Source: the human T2T-CHM13v2.0 reference genome, Homo sapiens. From it: a stretch of DNA of 64,000 bases. Of this stretch, positions 57,336 to 64,000 are shown in pieces (the stretch's first letter is position 1; each line of letters begins with the position of its first letter). The stretch is taken from the NCBI RefSeq assembly GCF_009914755.1, contig NC_060932.1. One strand, 5' to 3'. The notes beneath the pieces were generated by a model, which was not told where the DNA came from, searched no databases, and was given only the letters and a program-made list of their open reading frames with translations. A program made the translations under genes and the position numbers.

Positions 57336-57659
57336 GAAATCGTACCAGCATTAAAAAGTTCAATTTTCTTGATTTTTCCGTATTTGCAAAGATATTTAAG
57401 TCAGCAGTAGCATGTAGAAAATTGCTAGTAATAATAGCTAATAATAATAGCTGTCATTTCCCTTTTCCTCTTTCTCCTCCACCTTAGTAAATAAAACCTG
57501 CCATAAAACTGTGATATGGAGAAACAAAATTACCAACCTCACTAAAGAAAACCTCACTAAAAAGGAAAATCTAGCTTATTTACCCCAATGTAACTACTGA
57601 GGGCTTTAAACAACTTAAACGTCTCTGCAACAAATTTTGTGCAAACACCTATGCTTGCA

Positions 57660-57851
57660 TCTGGCATTTCCCCTCCCCGCCCTGCGGAAGTGGCCCAGCT
57701 CTCAGAGCTCCTCAGACCTCACCCCCAGGGTCCTGGGGCAGCACAGGGTCCTCCCTGGCCCAGGCGCCCGGTGGCCGAGAGCCTGCCCGCGAGCTCAACG
57801 CTGCTCAACGGTCTCTGTCCTTGGCTGTGGCTCCTGCGCTCTGGCTGAGCC
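57660..57851 (+). promoter_or_regulatory. ADAM18 proximal promoter/5' UTR (GC-rich, TATA-less)
   Basis: GC/CpG-rich patch in an AT-rich background. GC box CCCCGCCC at 57675-57682, ETS-type CGGAAGTG at 57685-57692, tandem GCTCAACG at 57793-57810 with MYB-type CAACGG at 57806-57811. Confidence 0.75.
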
Positions 57852-57906
57852 ATGTTCCTTCTCCTCGCCCTCCTCACTGAGCTTGGAAGACTGCAAGCCC
57901 ACGAAG
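57852..57906 (+). CDS. ADAM18: ADAM18 (tMDC III) coding exon 1, signal peptide MFLLLALLTELGRLQAHE(G)
   Basis: ATG in GAGCCATGT context and a hydrophobic signal peptide matching the recalled human ADAM18 N-terminus. Canonical donor AAG|GTAAGT at 57907 (phase 1). Confidence 0.96.
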
Positions 57907-58504
57907 GTAAGTCCATGGGAGCCTCCCCTTTCTTCTTCGACTTTATAGCTGGGCTGGGCTCTTACTGGGAGCAGTTTCTTGTCATTCTGGGACCCTCCCC
58001 CGCTCCCTTCTGGGATCCCATGCTGGTGCTTCTGGTGTGTCAGGGACACCTTTCCACGCCAGGCCAGGGGGAACTAAAGGCCTTAGCGGAGGACCTGTTA
58101 GCGCTCTGCATCAGCGCCCATGGTCTCAGTGGCCCACACGCAGTGCGTCTTCTGGCATCTTCCCACTCTGTGAAGGAGGGTGGAGGTGGTGGAGTACTAA
58201 CTGCCTTCAGCGAACTCCTCAGAGTCCTGAGGAAGCAAGTCTCTCATCGATTCTAAAAGGGAACCAGAGGGGCCTGTAGAACTGCAATGTCTAATTTTTT
58301 TTTCTTTTTTTGTGTCTTAGCCATTTTCAATGTGCTGTTGATTATGTAGTGAAATTTGTGGACTAGAAAGAGTGTGAGCACATGAGAGAACTTCTACTTA
58401 AAATTTTAGGCGCCACCATGCAGTCCGGGATAAGAACCCGTGCTTGACTGAGACGATTGTTGATGCAAAACAAAGACAAAAACAAACACATTTTCTTACT
58501 GCAG

Positions 58505-58581
58505 GTTCTGAAGGAATATTTCTGCATGTCACAGTTCCACGGAAGATTAAGTCAAATGACAGTGAAGTTTCAGAGAGGAAG
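58505..58581 (+). CDS. ADAM18: ADAM18 coding exon 2, prodomain start (G)SEGIFLHVTVPRKIKSNDSEVSERK
   Basis: Acceptor ttttcttactgcag|GT and donor AAG|GTAAAT. In phase with exon 1 and contains the ADAM prodomain 'VTVPRKI' motif. Later exons were not found in the window. Confidence 0.96.
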
Positions 58582-59699
58582 GTAAATGATGAGGAATATT
58601 TATTCTATATTTAAAGCTTTATGGCAATTTTTATTTACCCTTATATTAAGTCAGATCATACTAATTTGTATTCATTGCCAAATCATAATATTTTGCCTGT
58701 GCTATTTTGTCTCCTACCGTGTTTTGATCCTCTTGTTCCCCCATTTCTGCTGCTTATTTCCCTGTCTTTTCTCTTCATCTCTTCTTAACATACTACTTGT
58801 TCACAATTTCCAAGAAATGCTCAGCAATCAAACTGGTGGGAAAAAGAAATCAATATAAAATATTCATGACCATGGTTCAGCCAACAAATTAACAAATTTT
58901 TTATTGTCCAGTAAATGATGTAGAAATTTGTCATAAGTAAAATTTAGACATGCAAAATTTGACCCACAAGCATCAGTCTTAATAGCACGTAATGTACAAA
59001 GAAATTTTAAAAAAGCAAAGAAAAAATAAAAATATCACATTTGCCCTATTATGATGAAAAATATTACAATAAGTAAATATTAACTGGAAAAAGAAGTTGG
59101 AAAATTACTAACCTGCCTGCTAGATTAAAAACTGATTAAACTGAAGGCATTCAGTCTTGCATGTTTTCTTGATTGAAACACCTGAAATTGACAGATTTAA
59201 AATGTTTTATTTTACAAACTGGAAGTCACAATATAGGGGTTTATATTTCTATGCAGTCAAAATGGGCACAATATATGTCAACTCTGAAAATGTTTCAGGT
59301 TGAAAGAGTGATTTTAAAATTATGAGTAAGGAAAAGATTAATCTATTAATTCTATTTTGGCACACAATATTGGGACCTACCATGGCTATGTTCTACTAGT
59401 GAACAATTATAATAAAGTATATGTCAAATTATGTTTGGGAATCACAATAAAATGAATACTTTCTTTTAGAGAAGTTGGAAAGGATTTTCATATATAAATC
59501 TTATTTATCACATTATCCTTCTGAAATAGGATTATTTATTACATATATTCTTTTTAAAAGACAGAGGATTAAAAAATATTAATGGCATCAAATCTGTGTT
59601 AGCATGTAGAGTCTAATCTTTAATTTTTAACTCCATTTCCACTACAGTAAGCTGCTTTCTGTTGAAGAATTATTTGCATAAGTTATTTTCTGCCAACAC

Positions 59700-59984
59700 A
59701 ATCCCATCCCAACACTTTGGGATCCCAAGGTTGGAGGATCGCTTGAGCCTAGGAGTTTGAGGCCGGCTTGGGCAAGTTGGTGAGACCCCATCTCTACAAA
59801 AATAACTTAACTGGGTGTGGTGGTGTGTGCCTGTAGTCCCAGCGGTTCTGGAGGCTGAGGTGGGAGTACCCCTTGAGCCCAGCGGTTGGAGGCTGCAGTC
59901 AGCTGTGATTGTGTCACTGTACTCCAGCCTGGATGACAGAGCAAGACTTCATCTCTTAAAAACAAAAAACAAACAAACAAAAAA

Positions 59985-59985
<1 letters not shown>
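59700..59985 (+). mobile_element. AluJ element
   Basis: ggaggatcgcttgagcc.aggagtttgag and ggaggctgcagt diagnostics. Confidence 0.88.
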
Positions 59986-60036
<51 letters not shown>

Positions 60037-60056
60037 ATCTATCTATCTATCATCTA
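59986..60056. repeat. (CTAT)n tetranucleotide microsatellite
   Basis: About 12 uninterrupted ctat units followed by a degenerate extension, directly after the Alu tail. Confidence 0.95.
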
Positions 60057-60289
60057 TTCTGTTTTTTCCCCAGATTTACTACTATTGTACATTGTCATTG
60101 CATAATCACTGTAAACTTCAAATTTCTTACTACTTGTCAAGAAGCATATAGCAACTACGCAGGGCTTGATGAAATAGTTTTACTATGAGAGACATGCAGT
60201 ATTCATTCGTTGTCTACACTTTTGGTATTATTTATATGGAATTCTTGAAGCTATATTTTATTGTATAGGGTATTATTTTCATGTTTTTA

Positions 60290-61757
60290 AAACTTTATTG
60301 AGTTATAATTGATATAAAAATTGCACATATCTAACGTAGACATTTTCCTGAGTTTGAATATATGCATACACCCATGATATCATGACCACAGTCGATGTAC
60401 TAAACATATCCATCACCTCCAAAAATGTCCTTGCATACTTTTGTTTTGTGTTTTGTGCTAAGAATGCTGAACATGAGAATGATTCTCTTAACATATTTTC
60501 AAGTGCACAATGGTGTATCGTTAACTATAGGTACTATGTTATACAGCATATCTCTAGAACTTATTCATCTTTCATTACTGGAACTTTGTATTCATTGAGC
60601 AATAATTCCCTATTTCTCTCGACCCAGACCCCTGGCAACCACTATTCTATTCTCTGCTTTTATGATTTCCACTGTTTTATTTTATTTATTTGTTTGAGAT
60701 GGAGTTTTGCTCTGTTGCCCAGGCTGGAGTGCAGTGGTGTGATCTTGGCTCACTGAAACCTCTGCCTCCTGGGCTCAAGCAATTCTTGTTCTTCACCCTC
60801 CTGAGTGGCTGGGATTACAGGTGCATGCCACCACACCTGGATAATTTTGTATTTTTTTAGTAGAGATGGAGTTTCCCCATGTTGGCCAAGCTGGTCTTGA
60901 ACTCCTGAACTCAAGTGATACACCAGACTCGGCCTCCCAAAGTGCTGGCATTACAGGCGTTAGCCACCACACCCACCTATTTTAGCTATTTTAGATTCCT
61001 CATATAAGTAAGTGGAATCATATAGTGTTTGTCCTTCTGTGACTGTCTCATTTAACATAACATAATGTTCTGTGGGTTCATTCACGTCTCAAATAGGATT
61101 TCCTTCTTTTTTGAAGCTAAATAGTGTTCCAATATGTTTATATGCCACATTTTCTTTATGCATTCATGTCATTGAACATTTGGGTTGCTTCCAAACCACG
61201 AATATTGTGAATAATGTTGGAATTAACATGGGGCTGCAGATATCTCTTCAATTTCATGGCTTTAATTTTTTTGGATATGTAGCCAGAAGTTGCATTGCTG
61301 GATTATATGGTAGTTCTATTTTTAATTTTTTGTGGAACCTCCATACTGGTTTTCATAATGGCTGCACCATTCTCCATTCCCACCAATAGTGTACAAAGAT
61401 TCCAACTTCTCCACATCTTTGCCAGTGCTTGTCACCTTTTGCTTTTGTTTGTGGGTGTGGGTTTTGTTTTTTTTTTTTAACAAAACCCATTATAATAGCT
61501 GTGAGGTGATATTTCACTGTGGTTTTGATCCTGCATTTTTCTGATGATTAATGATATTGAGTACTATTTCTTATACCTGATGGTCATTTGTATGTTTTCT
61601 TTGGACAGAAGTTTATTCAGGTCCTTTGCCCATTGTTTAATCAGGTTATTTGTTTTGTTTTGTTTTTGGCTGTTGAGTTGTAGAAGGTCCTTTTGACATT
61701 TTGGATATTAGCTCTTTGTCATATAGATCATTTGAAATATATTCTTCTATTCCATAA
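60290..61757 (-). mobile_element. L1MA/MB-type 3' portion interrupted by a reverse Alu (~60675-60977)
   Basis: Antisense L1 3' UTR/ORF2 motifs with an Alu body in the middle. Confidence 0.82.
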
Positions 61758-63036
61758 AACAATGGCTTAAATTTTAGGATATTACAGGAACTATGAAGAA
61801 GGTTTCAAACTTTCTGTTTTATCTAAGTATACATATGGAAGCCATAGTGCCATTGTTGGTTCAACACTGGGAAACAACTCTCCAGTTGGGGAGAGCTGAC
61901 CTCAGTTGGGATGTGTTTATTTCCTGCTATCAATGCCTTCTTGCCAAAGACCATTGCAAGCACGCCTGCAATTGAACAAGTGAGGATTATTACACACTGC
62001 AGTGAGGGAGAATGCACACCTTGGGGAGCCATGGAGCATCTCTTTAGGAGGTTGTTAAAGTACTTATAAGATTTTGGCTTGTGTTTTGGGAATTTGGGGG
62101 AAGTTTTAGGATGCGTGCCTTTGTTCTGGTTTAGATATGGTCAGGAAGTAGGCATAATACTATGATTGTGTATCTTAGTAAGTCTTATCTAGGGCACGGG
62201 AAGACCAGAACATTCCTAAATCTGTCATTAGTTAAGAAGCAGCAGCCATTCATGCTAGCCCAATAAGGGCATATTCAATCTTTCTGTTTTTTTGGCTTGG
62301 GAGGGCTTACATTTAGTTGGTGTTCACACATGATTATGAAGTAGTCTTGGTTTTGTCTTGATGCATAATTGTCTCACAGTGGTCCTGTGTTACGTTGATG
62401 TCCTTTTAAAGTGCTTATATTCAACAGCAGAATTCCAAGTCTAGCTGATAGTGCCAAGCCAACTCCTTAATGTTACTGGCTGCTTTCCCCTTTCTTATTC
62501 TTTATGTGATTAATTTATGTTAGGCACATTATATCTTACTCAGACTATAGCCAGAAGCAAGCATTGGAATCATAAATGTCTGCACAAGACATATATATAT
62601 ATACTTCATAATGAATTAAGTTGTCATGGTAAGGTTGAGAAGAACCATCTATGCAGAGTATCTATTCCAAATGACTGTTGTTTATAGCTATTAATATAGA
62701 GAATATAAGAATATATGTAAGTACATATTGTGTATAAATTATGTATGATTATGTGTATGTTATGTATATCAAGATGTATGTATATTTTCCTTGACATGCG
62801 TATTTTACACACACAAACATGTCAATGATTGTGTACACACATGAAGAAATATATATATAAATATATACACCAACATGGGTGTATGTATGTATATATTTAT
62901 TATTAATATTTTTATTAGAAATAATTTTTAATTACTAATTTTGTAACATGTTTAAAAATTTTAAACTTTCATTTTAAGTACTCCTGAGTCATATTCTACA
63001 CTTTTTATTCATTTTTCAATATTTTAAAATGAATGC

Positions 63037-63844
63037 CATTTATGCAGCCAAAATACACATGAAAAAATGCTCATCATCACTGGCCATCAGAGAAATGCAA
63101 ATCAAAACCACAATGAGATACCATCTCACACCAGTTAGAATGGCAGTCATTAAAAAGTCAGGAAACAACAGGTGCTGGAGAGGATGTGGAGAAATAGGAA
63201 CACTTTTACACTGTTGGTGGGACTGTAAACTAGTTCAACCATTGTGGAAGTCAGTGTGGCAATTCCTCAGGGATCTAGAACTAGAAATACCATTTGACCC
63301 AGCCATCCCATTACTGGGTATATACCCAAAGGACTATAAATCATGCTGCTATAAAGACACATGCACACGTATGTTTATTGTGGCATTATTCACAATAGCA
63401 AAGACTTGGAACCAACCCGAATGTCCAACAATGATAGACTGGATTAAGAAAATGTGGCACATATACACCATGGAATACTATGCAGCCATAAAAAATGATG
63501 AGTTCATGTCCTTTGTGGGGACATGGATGAAATTGGAAATCATCATTCTCAGTAAACTATCGCAAGAACAAAAAACCAAACACCGCATATTCTCACTCAT
63601 AGGTGGGAATTGAGCAATGAGATCACATGGACACAGGAAGGGCAACATCACACTCTGGGGACTGTTGTCGGGTGAGGGGAGAGGGGAGGGATAGCATTGG
63701 GAGATCTACCTAATGCTAGATGACAAGTTAGTGGGTGCAGCGCACCAGCATGGCACATGTATACATATGTAACTAACCTGCACAATGTGCACATGTACCC
63801 TAAAACTTAAAGTGTAATAAAAAATAAAATAAAATAAAAAAAAT
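63037..63844 (+). mobile_element. Young 5'-truncated L1 (L1PA2-like) in ADAM18 intron 2
   Basis: Open ORF2 C-terminus ending FSLIGGN, a 3' UTR with gacAAGtta (GAG-type, not ACA/ACG) and poly(A). TSD aaaatgaatgc at 63026-63036 and 63845-63855, at a TT/AAAA site. Confidence 0.93.
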
Positions 63845-64000
63845 AAAATGAATGCTATCATTCCTTTTGGCTCAAGTATTTTGGGAAGAGGACATTTTGC
63901 CTTTAATTTCCAAAATAAATTTTTTCTAGATTTTCTTTTTTAAACTAAAATAACATTTTACATTGATAAATAACACATATATCTCAATGAATTTTCACAA

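Noticed and set aside
57852-58256. 134-aa ORF beginning MFLLLALLTELG
   Set aside because: Only the first 55 nt are coding. The rest reads through the GTAAGT donor into ADAM18 intron 1.
59520-60120. Acceptor-like sites as ADAM18 exon 3
   Set aside because: The translations do not match the recalled 'MIYIITIDGQPYTLHL' continuation, so exon 3 probably lies beyond the window.
63029-63613. 194-aa ORF, the longest in the window
   Set aside because: It is the C-terminus of L1 ORF2 in a 5'-truncated insert, and its ATG comes from the TSD.

Overview
This is primate genomic DNA, almost certainly human given the AluYb8, L1PA2, LTR7 and MER11 elements. It is AT-rich and dominated by repeats. Its right end holds the promoter and first two coding exons of the testis gene ADAM18 (+ strand, ATG at 57852), which from recalled knowledge places the window at 8p11.22. 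From 4870 to ~53360 on the + strand lie at least 11 coding exons, plus a probable 3' UTR exon, of an unprocessed cyritestin/ADAM3-like pseudogene. I reconstructed them from splice sites and translation. They cover a non-catalytic metalloprotease domain, disintegrin, Cys-rich, EGF, TM and a Ser-rich tail, and carry nonsense codons, a frameshift, lost cysteines and apparently missing exons. Other points of note: a ~282-bp templated copy of pseudogene exon/intron sequence inserted into a (TG)n(TA)n microsatellite, a twin-primed inverted L1, a three-layer L1/THE1/L1 nest with a one-LTR THE1, and three solo ERV LTRs just upstream of ADAM18. I found no prokaryote-type or otherwise novel multi-gene system. 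Repeat subfamily names and homolog comparisons come from memory and need RepeatMasker/BLAST confirmation.
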